A stretch of DNA of 64,000 bases from a virus. The stretch spans positions 12,975 through 76,974 of IMG/VR virus record IMGVR_UViG_3300021976_000010. One strand, written 5' to 3'. Each line of letters begins with the position of its first letter. The stretch's first letter is position 1. A program made the translations under genes and the position numbers. This document shows positions 9,334-18,971 of the stretch, piece after piece. The notes beneath the pieces are model-generated. The model worked only from the letters and a program-made list of their open reading frames with translations. It had not been told where the DNA came from and made no database searches.

Positions 9334-9720
9334 ATGGCATATGTCGTTCCAACGCTCGAGATATTCCGGGCGAGATTCCCCATCTTCGCCGACAAGGAAG
9401 ACGCGGTGATCCAGATGATCATCGCTGAAGCCGCGAGCCGGATCGGTGAGACATGGATCGAGGCCGACTATCAGCCGGCGATTCTGTACCTGTCTGCACA
9501 CATGCTGGCCACGGACAACAGTGGGGCGGGGGAGGCGGTGAACGTCGGTGACGGTGCCAACGGTGTCACGGCTGAGTCATTTGGTGGTATGTCCATCACG
9601 TATGGCAAGGCGTCATCTTCATCGTCGAGCGAGCTGGAAGCCGAGTACGGGCGAACCAGCTATGGTCGGCGGTTTCTCGGTCTACTCCGGGCCAACTTCC
9701 CCGCAATCGTGAGCATCTAG
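9334..9720 (+). CDS. Head-tail adaptor (DUF4054-like)
   Basis: FRARFP.F, YLSAHML, SFGGMSITY and TSYGRRFL motifs. Confidence 0.85.
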   Translation: MAYVVPTLEIFRARFPIFADKEDAVIQMIIAEAASRIGETWIEADYQPAILYLSAHMLATDNSGAGEAVNVGDGANGVTAESFGGMSITYGKASSSSSSELEAEYGRTSYGRRFLGLLRANFPAIVSI

Positions 9721-9722
9721 CC

Positions 9723-10067
9723 ATGGACTACAATCGATCGCGGCAGGTGTGGCACGGTCACATCGCCAAGTGGGGCAGGGGCGTCAACAACGGACTCCTC
9801 GTTCGCAACGGAACTCCGCGCCCCGCGACGATGGCGATGCTGGAGTACACGCCGAAAGAGCGCGGCCTGTTCGCAGACGGTGCCGTTCGCTTCTGGGTAT
9901 CCGCACTGCACATCTACAATGTCGAGGCCAATTGGCCGGACAACGAGCTCGACGTTGTTGAATTCAGGCAGCGTCGATATCGCATTCTGCGCCCGCCGTC
10001 GGGACAGCAGCCAGACGGCTCGTGGATCGCGTTCGATCTGTCCTGTATGTTCTACGAGAGGGTGTGA
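9723..10067 (+). CDS. Putative head closure / stopper protein
   Basis: Position after the adaptor and 114 aa size; synteny-based call. Confidence 0.5.
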   Translation: MDYNRSRQVWHGHIAKWGRGVNNGLLVRNGTPRPATMAMLEYTPKERGLFADGAVRFWVSALHIYNVEANWPDNELDVVEFRQRRYRILRPPSGQQPDGSWIAFDLSCMFYERV

Positions 10068-10792
10068 TGGCCTTCGCACCGAATATGGACATGCGGGTTA
10101 CGGGTGTGAAGTGGACAAAGAACAAAGACATTCTGTTTCTTCGCGCCACGTGGGATATCAGTTCTAGGGATCCGCTTGCGCCCAAAGGCATCGCCAAGAT
10201 TGCGGGCCTGCCATCCGTGTTCATGTCTGGTCTCGGCCCCCCAAATGCCACTCGTGGCAACATGTTTCTGGGGCCGTATCAAAAGGGCGACCCAGATAGT
10301 TCCACCATCGTGGCGAATACCACCGAACCGATCAGCGACAAAGCCATGCAGAAGTTTCTGTACTGGACGAAGGCCCCTCCGTTCTTTTCCCGGGCTTACT
10401 CCACTGTCAATCACCACTCGGTGTTGACAATCAACATAGGGAAGCTGAGGAAGTACGTGGTGAAGGAGGCACTGGACGCTAATCCAAATGCCACACCTCC
10501 GACGAGCGCCACGTTCGTGGTCACCGGCCTCGCGTATTTCAACATCGAGCCGTTCTCGGTCTCGGGATGGGAGCTTGCGGCTTGGGTCACTGGACGCAGG
10601 ACGTTCCCGATCAATGAGTACACGCTCTATCCTAAGTGGGACTGGGTAGAGCCGCCCCCGGGGCCGCAGCAGTCTCCGGGCACGACACCTGATGCCGTCC
10701 AGTTCTTCTTTAATCCGACGTCGATCGTTCCGAAGGTTCAGGTCAAGTTGGTATTTGACCCCGTCAAGGTCACTATCACCAAAATCGGTTAG
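10067..10792 (+). CDS. Hypothetical virion-module protein
   Basis: TGATG coupling to the upstream gene; about 240 aa. Confidence 0.6.
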   Translation: MAFAPNMDMRVTGVKWTKNKDILFLRATWDISSRDPLAPKGIAKIAGLPSVFMSGLGPPNATRGNMFLGPYQKGDPDSSTIVANTTEPISDKAMQKFLYWTKAPPFFSRAYSTVNHHSVLTINIGKLRKYVVKEALDANPNATPPTSATFVVTGLAYFNIEPFSVSGWELAAWVTGRRTFPINEYTLYPKWDWVEPPPGPQQSPGTTPDAVQFFFNPTSIVPKVQVKLVFDPVKVTITKIG

Positions 10793-10802
10793 GAAACGCA
10801 AC

Positions 10803-11207
10803 GTGCCCAAGTTCGTGTGGATTCTGGTGGCGCTGGCAATGACGATGGTTATCGCAGCGTCTGCCGTTCTCATCTGGCGTCACACTGTTGAAGTGGTCCC
10901 GCACGCAGCGCCCGCGCCAAAGCCGGAGCCGATGTCATCTCCAGTTCCAAAGGGTCCGGTGATATCGTACGTCCCGATCGGTTCACCGGCCCAACTGGTT
11001 CCCCCGCCTGTCCCCTCACCGGTCACGGCGGCTCCCGAGCCTGTACCAGCGCACGCGCCCGCGAAGAAGCGGGCAAAGCCGAAGCCGAAGCCGAAGTCTA
11101 CCGCCCGTGCAGTACTCCAAAAACAATGGGGAGCTAAGCCGGGGGTCGCACCCGCACCTAGTCCGGGATTCTTGGAGGGAATAAGATGGCCGACACTAGG
11201 GAACTGA
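10803..11207 (+). CDS. Pro-rich protein with N-terminal membrane anchor or signal
   Basis: GTG start with AGGA RBS; FVWILVALAMTMVIAASAVLIW followed by a P/K-rich linker. Confidence 0.55.
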   Translation: MPKFVWILVALAMTMVIAASAVLIWRHTVEVVPHAAPAPKPEPMSSPVPKGPVISYVPIGSPAQLVPPPVPSPVTAAPEPVPAHAPAKKRAKPKPKPKSTARAVLQKQWGAKPGVAPAPSPGFLEGIRWPTLGN

Positions 11208-11656
11208 TTCTGGTTCGCATCGCCGCTATCTGCGTGGCAGAGAAGACGAACGCGGGTATTGTGACAGCCGTGCGCAATCGGGGGCTGCTCAAGACGGAGG
11301 CCCGTCCCGCTTGTGTGTTGCTGGATGGTGACGAGACGCCGAAGCTCGTGCACAACAATCGACGGCAGGGCCGCGCCATGCTTATGACTCCTCAGGTCAT
11401 GATCATGCGACCCGAGTTGTACATCCTACTCGAAGAGAAGTCGCCCCTGCCCGATGATGTGGGGCCGCAGCTCAATGCGAAACGAATTGCCTTGGTCGCG
11501 GCTATCGCCGGGGACATGGCTCTGGCGACCCTGCTCGGGTCGAACGGCGGAATGGTCTACAACGGATGCGTGACCGACTTGAAGTCCGGGTCTTCGCTCA
11601 CCGGCCAAATGCGATTGGACTTCGCATACACCTACACGTTCTTCCCAACTGAATAG
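11186..11656 (+). CDS. Putative tail terminator protein
   Basis: MADTRELIL.RI start, PACVLLDGDE and F.YTY terminus; immediately upstream of the tail tube gene. Confidence 0.6.
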   Translation: MADTRELILVRIAAICVAEKTNAGIVTAVRNRGLLKTEARPACVLLDGDETPKLVHNNRRQGRAMLMTPQVMIMRPELYILLEEKSPLPDDVGPQLNAKRIALVAAIAGDMALATLLGSNGGMVYNGCVTDLKSGSSLTGQMRLDFAYTYTFFPTE

Positions 11657-11668
11657 GAGCTATTCCTA

Positions 11669-12217
11669 ATGCCCACTCCCACAATGGAATCCCCGAACGT
11701 CGGCAACCTTCAGGTCGGCAAGGGGATTGTCACGTTTCACAAGACCGGCGACGCAGGCTTTCGCGACCTCGGCAACGTCACATCGCTTGTCGTCACGCCC
11801 GCGATTGAGACCCTTGAGCACTTCAGCTCGCGCGAGGGTGTTCGCAAGAAGGACCTTGTCATCACTCTCGAGCAGGGCGGCACAGTGACGATGGTGATGG
11901 AGGAATTCACCGCGTACAATCTCTCTATCATGACGCTTGGTTCGATGGATGAGGCGGCTGTCGGTGGCCCGGAGGTAGAGATCTTTGCTGCCACGGCAAT
12001 CACCGGCCACCTGCGTTTCGTCGGCACCAATGACGTTGGTCCGAAGATCACGCTCGATCTTTGGAACGTGTCGTTTACTCCGACCGGCGATCTCCAGATG
12101 ATCTCCGATGAGTGGAACAACATGGAAGTCGAGGGCGAGGTGCTCGTCGCTGCCGATGGTGCCAATGTTGGCAAGTTCGGCCTCGCCAAGTTTACGAACG
12201 TCACCGACGTCTCCTAA
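11669..12217 (+). CDS. Major tail tube protein
   Basis: GKG...RDLGNV..L......ETLEHFSSREG and ISDEW...EGEVL motifs typical of siphovirus tube proteins. Confidence 0.8.
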   Translation: MPTPTMESPNVGNLQVGKGIVTFHKTGDAGFRDLGNVTSLVVTPAIETLEHFSSREGVRKKDLVITLEQGGTVTMVMEEFTAYNLSIMTLGSMDEAAVGGPEVEIFAATAITGHLRFVGTNDVGPKITLDLWNVSFTPTGDLQMISDEWNNMEVEGEVLVAADGANVGKFGLAKFTNVTDVS

Positions 12218-12277
12218 GACGCCGGCTCACCCAACTCATGCGGCTCAGCCCGCCAAGGTAACAGGAACACCATTCCA

Positions 12278-12760
12278 ATGGTCAGTCTAGTCGATATTGC
12301 AAACGTCAAGCTTCCCACGGTGCCCGTTCGCGGGCAAGACGTGGACGTCAATGGTCTCACCGCAGACCATATCGCGGCCATCATGTTCGAAATGCCGGAG
12401 ATCCGCAAGATCATGTCCATGAAAGTGGCTGATCATGAGATTGTGGTCGCTCTCGTGGCTCGATTGCCCGAGGCCGTCGCCTTGATCATTGCGGCGGGCA
12501 CTGGTCACGCTGGTGAAAAGCCGCACATCGACGCCGCAAGAGGCCTCGGGATCGGCGAGCAGTACTCGCTGCTCGAGGGCATTCTCAGTGCGACATTCCC
12601 CCAAGGTGTAAAGTCTTTCATGGACGGGGTCGCCGCGCTCGTCAACCAGTCCGGCGCGCGTGGATGGGTTCCGGGTATGAAATCGCCCGAGCCATCCAGC
12701 GGTGCGTCGCCGCAGGCCGCTCAGAGCGAGACTGTTGGAACAGTACACCCCGACAGCTGA
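12278..12760 (+). CDS. Tail assembly chaperone (G-like)
   Basis: Lies between tube and tape measure genes; a -1 frame ORF overlaps its 3' end. Confidence 0.7.
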   Translation: MVSLVDIANVKLPTVPVRGQDVDVNGLTADHIAAIMFEMPEIRKIMSMKVADHEIVVALVARLPEAVALIIAAGTGHAGEKPHIDAARGLGIGEQYSLLEGILSATFPQGVKSFMDGVAALVNQSGARGWVPGMKSPEPSSGASPQAAQSETVGTVHPDS

Positions 12761-12897
12761 GTGCGTGGATGGAGCTCATCGCGCGTGAAGAATCCCGTCG
12801 AAACGCTGTGATGCTCGATCTCATGCGAGCGGCAGAGCATGGCAGTTCCCGGGGCTTCAAGGAGTTTAGCAAGAAACTCACGGAGATGGGCGCGTGA
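12664..12897 (+). CDS. Tail assembly chaperone C-terminal part (T-like), possibly reached by -1 frameshift
   Basis: The -1 frame is open from 12517 to 12897; carries a W..TPRQ motif. Confidence 0.55.
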   Translation: MGSGYEIARAIQRCVAAGRSERDCWNSTPRQLSAWMELIAREESRRNAVMLDLMRAAEHGSSRGFKEFSKKLTEMGA

Positions 12898-13439
12898 CAA
12901 TCACTCTGAAGTACACAGACGGCAAGCAAATCGGACGCCGGTTCAAGACGAAAGTCAAGGTGTTCGACGAGTCGCGTATTCTGGCGGTGCAGGCCGCCGC
13001 GAAGCGTGCGTCTGAAGAAATGGTTGACGAGGGGCGGGCGGATATCAGGGCCGGAGGAAACTTCGGCTCTGCCCGCTGGCAAGACGGTCTCGAGGCCCGG
13101 GTATCTTACGAGAGCCGGCAGGACATCAACATCCGCATTACTCACGCGGTGTTTTATTGGCGTGTCTTCGAGGAGGGGGCTGTCATACACGGCAAGCCCC
13201 TCCTCTGGATTCCACTGTCGTTTGGAGATTCCGACGGTGTTCGCGCACGCGACTACCCGGGGCAATTGTTCCGCGTCGATCGCGCGGGCAAGGCTCCACT
13301 CTTGATGAGCGACAGCGGCCCGCAGTATTTCGGCAAGGAGTCGGTCACGATTCCGAAGAAGTGGCACTTGCGTGATGTCGTAGCGAAGGTTAGCCGCAGA
13401 CTCGGCAGATACTACAGAGAGGCGTTTCGAAATGGCTGA
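12894..13439 (+). CDS. Putative tail completion protein (HK97 gp10-like)
   Basis: YWRVFEEGAVI.GKP.LWIP and SVTIPK..HL motifs; basic protein. Confidence 0.6.
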   Translation: MTITLKYTDGKQIGRRFKTKVKVFDESRILAVQAAAKRASEEMVDEGRADIRAGGNFGSARWQDGLEARVSYESRQDINIRITHAVFYWRVFEEGAVIHGKPLLWIPLSFGDSDGVRARDYPGQLFRVDRAGKAPLLMSDSGPQYFGKESVTIPKKWHLRDVVAKVSRRLGRYYREAFRNG

Positions 13440-15456
13440 CGAAGACAAAGACCTTGTATCAGAAGTCAAGATCGAGGGCATCGAGGTCACTACTGACCAG
13501 CTCAAGAAGATGGGCGACGATGGTGCGGACGCTTTCGAGAAGATTGGTGATGCGGCTGATAATGCTGGCAAGAAGATCGCACCGGCCGCGAAGGAAGTTG
13601 ACAAGTTCACCGACTCATCCGAGAAGGCGGGCAGGGCTGCCAAGGACATGTCGAAGGATATCAGCGCGGGGCTGACGAACTTCGACCTCCTGAAGATTGC
13701 CGCGACTGCCACGGGCAGCGCGCTCGCCACGTTCGCAACTCGCTCAGCCGCTCTGGGTGCGGCCTTGGCTGCGAGCGTCGTTGGTATTGCCAAGTTTGCC
13801 AGTTCCACGACTCACGCGTACCGTGAACTCTTCGAGCAACAGAACCGCAACGTTCAGCAGGTCGCGGCACAGGGCAAGGCTCAGGTAAAGGCTGTCGGCG
13901 AGACCAATCAGTACAACGACGCTCTTGATGACCTGACGAAGCAGCTCGCGCAGGGCAAGATTGGATACGCCGAGTACGGTCACGCGCTCACCGCGCTGAA
14001 TGAGGACTTCAAGCGTCAAGAGGCCAACATCAGGCGTGTCCAGCAGGCACAGGAAGAAGCCGCGAAGAAGAATGAGCTAGCTCAAAGGGCCGAGCAACAG
14101 CGCGTCGCGCTGAAGGCGCTGACCGACATGTACGGCGTCGAACTGACGGGCAGCCTCATCAAGCTGGGGGGAGCTTACAAAGACGTAGCCGACGAAGCGA
14201 AAGAGGCATTCGGCCCGGGCCTCTCTAAGCTCGTCGACCTGATCAGTGGGGCTATCGACAAAAACAGCGAGGCCATCTCCTCGTTTCTTGACGACGCAGG
14301 TGAGGCACTGACAAAGTTCGTCGAGCAGAACGGCCCGAGCATTGAGAAGTTCTTCACAAAGATGATCGAGGTGGTGCGCGGTCTCGGTATCGTGATCACG
14401 CAGTACATTCTTCCGAAGCTCGAGCTGATAGTCGACATTGCGGACCAAATCGCGATCGAGATCAACAAGGCGTTCGGCACTGAACTGACAGGCGGTATTC
14501 TGCTGGCCTATGTGGCAATCACAAAGCTGACCGGTGGACTAAACCTGTTCATGACGATCGGGCGCGTGCTCGTATTGTTGGTCGGCTCGCTCATCACTAC
14601 GTTCGGCATTCTTCCGGTGCTGATCGGTGCCGTTGCGATAGCTCTCGCGGCGTGGCTCTATACCGTAGACTGGGCCAAGCTGGGAGCGGACATCTCGGCC
14701 GCGTTCGCCGCGTTCATCAAGTTCTTCACTGACATGCCAGCCAAGATCGGAGCGGGATTCACCAAGCTCTGGGAGAACATCCAGGCTGGCGTGGATGTGG
14801 CCACGACTTGGGTCACCGAGAAGTGGACCGCTGTCGTCGAGTTCTTCTCTACCATTGTCGGGCAAATCGGGCAGTTCTTCATCGACCTGTGGGAGGGAGT
14901 CAAGCAGAAGGCGCAGGACGCGTTCGACTATGTCGCTGGCATTGTGCAGGGCTGGGTGAACAAGGTGCTGGGATGGCTCAAGCCTATTCTTGATCTTATC
15001 GACAAGATCAAGAAGGGAATGGCCGATGTTCCGGCTGGTGGAGGCGGCGGCGACACGGTGACGGCAGCGGGCGGCGGTCACATACGCGGGGCAGGCACCT
15101 CAACGTCGGACTCGATTCTGGCGCGGCTGTCCAACAACGAGTACGTCATTCGCGCGCGTGCGGTGGCAAAGTATGGTGTCGGCTTCATGAACGCGGTCAA
15201 CAGTGGTCGGTTCAAGATGCCTCAGTTCGCCATGGGTGGTTTGAACATGATCGCACCATCGCCGTCTGCTAGGTTCAGTGGTGAAGAGCGACCAAGCGCG
15301 AGCAACATGCGTCCGCTGGATCTGACTCTGTTCGGCGAGACGTTCGAGGGGCTGATGATGCCCGACGATGTCGCCGGGCGCATGACCAAGTTTGCTATCT
15401 CTAGACAGACACGCTCGGCGGGCCGCAAGCCCTCTTGGGTCGGAGGAACACGCTAA
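13432..15456 (+). CDS. Tape measure protein
   Basis: Long helical Ala-rich protein with Trp/Phe periodicity, a central hydrophobic segment and C-terminal AGGGHIRGAGTSTSDSILARLSNNEYV motif. Confidence 0.9.
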   Translation: MADEDKDLVSEVKIEGIEVTTDQLKKMGDDGADAFEKIGDAADNAGKKIAPAAKEVDKFTDSSEKAGRAAKDMSKDISAGLTNFDLLKIAATATGSALATFATRSAALGAALAASVVGIAKFASSTTHAYRELFEQQNRNVQQVAAQGKAQVKAVGETNQYNDALDDLTKQLAQGKIGYAEYGHALTALNEDFKRQEANIRRVQQAQEEAAKKNELAQRAEQQRVALKALTDMYGVELTGSLIKLGGAYKDVADEAKEAFGPGLSKLVDLISGAIDKNSEAISSFLDDAGEALTKFVEQNGPSIEKFFTKMIEVVRGLGIVITQYILPKLELIVDIADQIAIEINKAFGTELTGGILLAYVAITKLTGGLNLFMTIGRVLVLLVGSLITTFGILPVLIGAVAIALAAWLYTVDWAKLGADISAAFAAFIKFFTDMPAKIGAGFTKLWENIQAGVDVATTWVTEKWTAVVEFFSTIVGQIGQFFIDLWEGVKQKAQDAFDYVAGIVQGWVNKVLGWLKPILDLIDKIKKGMADVPAGGGGGDTVTAAGGGHIRGAGTSTSDSILARLSNNEYVIRARAVAKYGVGFMNAVNSGRFKMPQFAMGGLNMIAPSPSARFSGEERPSASNMRPLDLTLFGETFEGLMMPDDVAGRMTKFAISRQTRSAGRKPSWVGGTR

Positions 15457-15917
15457 TGGATCCGAGCTATGACGACATTGACCAGCCGAACTCGCACACG
15501 CTGCTTCGCCTGTCCGGGTTCGGCGTTCCACCATACTCGGCGCGCGGGTTATCACAGTCCTATGCGCCGATAGCACAGGCCGCGCAGAACAAGCGAACGG
15601 TGAACGGCGCACTCAAGGACATCTCGTTTCCGGGCTTTCGCAAGTACGCGTCCAGCATCTCGGGGTCCGACCAACTTCCCCCGGCTGTTGATGGTGTCTG
15701 GCCGGGGCTCGAGGTCACCGTTCACTGCCTGTTCGAGCTGCAATACCTGACAGTCGGGGGATCACCCGCGCGCCCGGTGGTGCCCGGTAGCTCGCGTGTC
15801 GAGGGCAGCTTCACGCTGTACCGCCCCATCCTCGTTTGTCGTATCAACAACTTCAGTGTGAATACTGACGAGTACGGCGCTCGGATCAGCTGGTCCATGG
15901 AACTGGAAGAAATCTGA
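15456..15917 (+). CDS. Distal tail protein (putative)
   Basis: Follows the tape measure gene (TAATG overlap); RTVNG.L and terminal W...LEEI. Confidence 0.7.
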   Translation: MDPSYDDIDQPNSHTLLRLSGFGVPPYSARGLSQSYAPIAQAAQNKRTVNGALKDISFPGFRKYASSISGSDQLPPAVDGVWPGLEVTVHCLFELQYLTVGGSPARPVVPGSSRVEGSFTLYRPILVCRINNFSVNTDEYGARISWSMELEEI

Positions 15918-17785
15918 TGGCAAAGAATTTCTACTTCGCATGGGTGGACCCGGGCACGGCGTTCAATCCAGCGGTGCACAATGTCGAGGATGAGGACGTG
16001 TTCTCGCACGAGTTCTCTCATGAGGAGGGCAGCATTGCCGGGCTGAACCTTGTCATCAGGAATCCGCGCATCGGCCTGTTGAACCCGGGCCGCAAGCTCT
16101 GGTGTTACTACTCGTTCAATCGTGCGGGCGGTGGTGAGCCAGATGATATCGTGCCGCTGTTCTACGGTCGGCTCATGGGCGTACCGCAGAACGTGTTCAG
16201 CACGCTTGTCACGCTGACGTTCACCGCGCGTCCGACTGACTTCGTAGCGCAGAAGATCGCGCTGGCGAACACGCTCAAGGTTCTTCCGTACTGGGACCCC
16301 ATCTTCGTCAGTCCCGACGCGTGGGAAGATCCCGATACGGTTCTGGAGTCGAGGTCGGCACTGTGGCACATTGATCCGGTGACACACGTCGTCACGTTGT
16401 CCGACATTCTCACGGCGGAGGATGGCGTCGTTGACCTGCCCGCCGCAGATATGGACTATGATTCATTGGAGTTGACGCTCGAGACCGTGCCTCTGCGCTC
16501 GATCACAATGCAGGTCACGATCCCGTGGACGCAGAGTGCGCAGGGTTCGATAGATCTTTCTTATCGCATTCTCAACGCCTTCGGTGGAGGATATGGAAAA
16601 CAGCTAGTCACATCGTTCACTATGTCTGGATTGGTGTCGTCGTGGCCGAAGGACGGCGCAAACATCGGCAATGGCTGGCAGGTTGTAACCGGCAGTCTGG
16701 TCGATGTGTCGTTTCTATCTGTCAAGCATCTGACCATTCATCCGATCTTCAATCAGGGCTCGATTCCCGTGCTCGCAGAAGGGTCCATCCTTTTCCCGGT
16801 CAAGACGACAGGAAAAATATGGGGTGGCATTGATGGTGCGGGCTACGATCTTCAGTACGAAATCGTGGGCGTGGCGCTGGGCTACGCGGTGCCCACGCTG
16901 ACCGTGACCTACACAGCGGGCCGCGAGTTTGCACAGATCGTGAACTTCACGCTCTATACGGATCAACAGCCAATTGCCACGGACGCCGGTGAAGATGAGA
17001 CCATGGTGGTCGCGATGACAGCGAACATGGTGTCAGATCAAACGTTTGGTGGTTCTGTCCCAATTGTTGATGTTCGGCGCCGCTCGTACCTACACACACC
17101 GCGCGGAATGCAGAGCATCGAGCACCTGATACTCATCGCACGCGCGCACCTAGTCGGGCGCTCGCGCGCGGTGCGCATAACATTCCAGACTGACTTCGAG
17201 ACGGCGCTTCAGTATTCGCTGCGCAAGGCGGGCACCGTGCACGACGAACGTCTACCGGGCGGCGAGGCGACAGGCAAGGTGGTGGTCATCACGCACTCAC
17301 TCGACGGTAGCGCAGGCGACCCGACGTCATCCATCACCATTGCCTGTGCCATTGGATACGGCGGCGCTTACGAGCCAGAGTCCGGTGTTCCCATGTACGT
17401 CGACGAGGGATACGTCGATCGAGAGTATCAAGAGTATTCAGGCGACAAGGCAGTGCTGGAGACCAATGATGTCCAGTGGTTCATGCCGCCGTTTGCTGCG
17501 TTCGACGACAACCTCGACTTCATCAAGGGGTTGACACCGATCAATGCAATCACGTATCTCTCTGTCACCAACAAAGAGGCTGACCAGCGCGTGGCCATCA
17601 TGGCCGCGAGTGCGGGCGAACTCACGGATCAAGCCGCCATTTCTTCGGTTCTGCAGGCAATACCTACTCAGGTGACGTTGCAGCTCGTACCAATGGACGG
17701 CGGCCCATTCACTCAGGTGGTCAACATCGCGGTGTCTGACCTCGTCATTCCACAGCAGATAGACTTGGAGGCTCCCAGTGTCTAA
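15917..17785 (+). CDS. Tail tip / baseplate hub protein (putative)
   Basis: 622 aa after the distal tail gene; synteny and beta-rich composition. Confidence 0.65.
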   Translation: MAKNFYFAWVDPGTAFNPAVHNVEDEDVFSHEFSHEEGSIAGLNLVIRNPRIGLLNPGRKLWCYYSFNRAGGGEPDDIVPLFYGRLMGVPQNVFSTLVTLTFTARPTDFVAQKIALANTLKVLPYWDPIFVSPDAWEDPDTVLESRSALWHIDPVTHVVTLSDILTAEDGVVDLPAADMDYDSLELTLETVPLRSITMQVTIPWTQSAQGSIDLSYRILNAFGGGYGKQLVTSFTMSGLVSSWPKDGANIGNGWQVVTGSLVDVSFLSVKHLTIHPIFNQGSIPVLAEGSILFPVKTTGKIWGGIDGAGYDLQYEIVGVALGYAVPTLTVTYTAGREFAQIVNFTLYTDQQPIATDAGEDETMVVAMTANMVSDQTFGGSVPIVDVRRRSYLHTPRGMQSIEHLILIARAHLVGRSRAVRITFQTDFETALQYSLRKAGTVHDERLPGGEATGKVVVITHSLDGSAGDPTSSITIACAIGYGGAYEPESGVPMYVDEGYVDREYQEYSGDKAVLETNDVQWFMPPFAAFDDNLDFIKGLTPINAITYLSVTNKEADQRVAIMAASAGELTDQAAISSVLQAIPTQVTLQLVPMDGGPFTQVVNIAVSDLVIPQQIDLEAPSV

Positions 17786-18164
17786 CCATCTCGAGCAAAT
17801 CGTTCGTCCGTCGCAGGCTCCAACCATTCGGCCGGGGCCTGCGGTCCAGATCTACGCCACACCAAAGATTGTCGAGAATGAGCCTATCACGTGGGGCAGT
17901 GCTGGCAACTCTGTCTTCCAGCTCAGTGCATCTGCCAGCGGTGAGGCACCTGAGGCCACGTGGCCGGAGTCCGATCGCACCTACGACGTCGTCAAGGTCT
18001 ACAATAAGGACGACCGTGAACAGTTCATCGAGACCGAGGTGATGACCGAGTATCAGGGTCGAAACAAGATCTCGCAGGACCGAATCACTATCAGGTTCGC
18101 GGCGACCAAGGATTCTCCGAACGTCGAGGTCGTCTCGCGTGGTAACAAGCGCACGAACAAATAG
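17778..18164 (+). CDS. Hypothetical tail protein
   Basis: Overlapping ORF in the tail tip cluster. Confidence 0.55.
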   Translation: MSNHLEQIVRPSQAPTIRPGPAVQIYATPKIVENEPITWGSAGNSVFQLSASASGEAPEATWPESDRTYDVVKVYNKDDREQFIETEVMTEYQGRNKISQDRITIRFAATKDSPNVEVVSRGNKRTNK

Positions 18165-18176
18165 GGATAACGGACC

Positions 18177-18971
18177 ATGGACGGCATTGACTACAAAACA
18201 ACGGACGTCACCAAGTGGGGCGCGGGCTCGGGCGCGGGCACCGCTGGCAATCTCTCGCCACTTCAGCTCGACCTCAACTTCTGGGAGCTCTACTCTCGCC
18301 TGAAGAATCTCGAGGACAATCCGCCGACCGCCATCAACATAACCGGAATGACGGTTGTCGGGTCGCAGTGGGAAGTGAATATGTCAGACGGCTCCAGCTT
18401 CGGGCCGTTCACGCTGCCCATTGCCACGTTCGAGCTCAAGGGCGACTGGGTCAACGACATGACCTACTACGAACTGGACATGGTGTCGGCTCCAGGCTTC
18501 GGCCTGTACCTCGTTCGCATCCAGCACGTTACTCCCCCGGCTCCTGCGACGTTCGATCCGGCGGCGACCGATGACGACGATAACCCGCTGTACCTCTTGC
18601 TGTACGGTGAGAATACCTATATCTACGATCTAGGATTCTTCTTTCCGGGCAGGCCGGGTATCGGCATCGAGGACGGGGCCGCTATCGCAGGCCACGTGCT
18701 AGTTCATCCAGTGACAGCACTCACTGGTCTACCGGGTTCGATTGCGAAGCTCAAGGTTGCACCCGCGTCCGATCTGTCATTTTCGATTGAACACGACGAC
18801 GTTGAAATCGGGTCTGTAGACTTTGAAGCGGGGGATGCGGATGGCACCTTCACGTTCCTCGCTGACATCGATCTGCCGGTCGATGCCGTGTTGACTCTCA
18901 TGAAACCGGCGGCAGTCGACGTTGATGCTCGCGAGCTCAAGGTTACATTCAAGATGACAAGGGTCATATAA
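18177..18971 (+). CDS. Tail fibre / adaptor protein (putative)
   Basis: L+..+LD.NF N-terminal motif and a W....YY.LD.V carbohydrate-binding-like segment. Confidence 0.6.
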   Translation: MDGIDYKTTDVTKWGAGSGAGTAGNLSPLQLDLNFWELYSRLKNLEDNPPTAINITGMTVVGSQWEVNMSDGSSFGPFTLPIATFELKGDWVNDMTYYELDMVSAPGFGLYLVRIQHVTPPAPATFDPAATDDDDNPLYLLLYGENTYIYDLGFFFPGRPGIGIEDGAAIAGHVLVHPVTALTGLPGSIAKLKVAPASDLSFSIEHDDVEIGSVDFEAGDADGTFTFLADIDLPVDAVLTLMKPAAVDVDARELKVTFKMTRVI

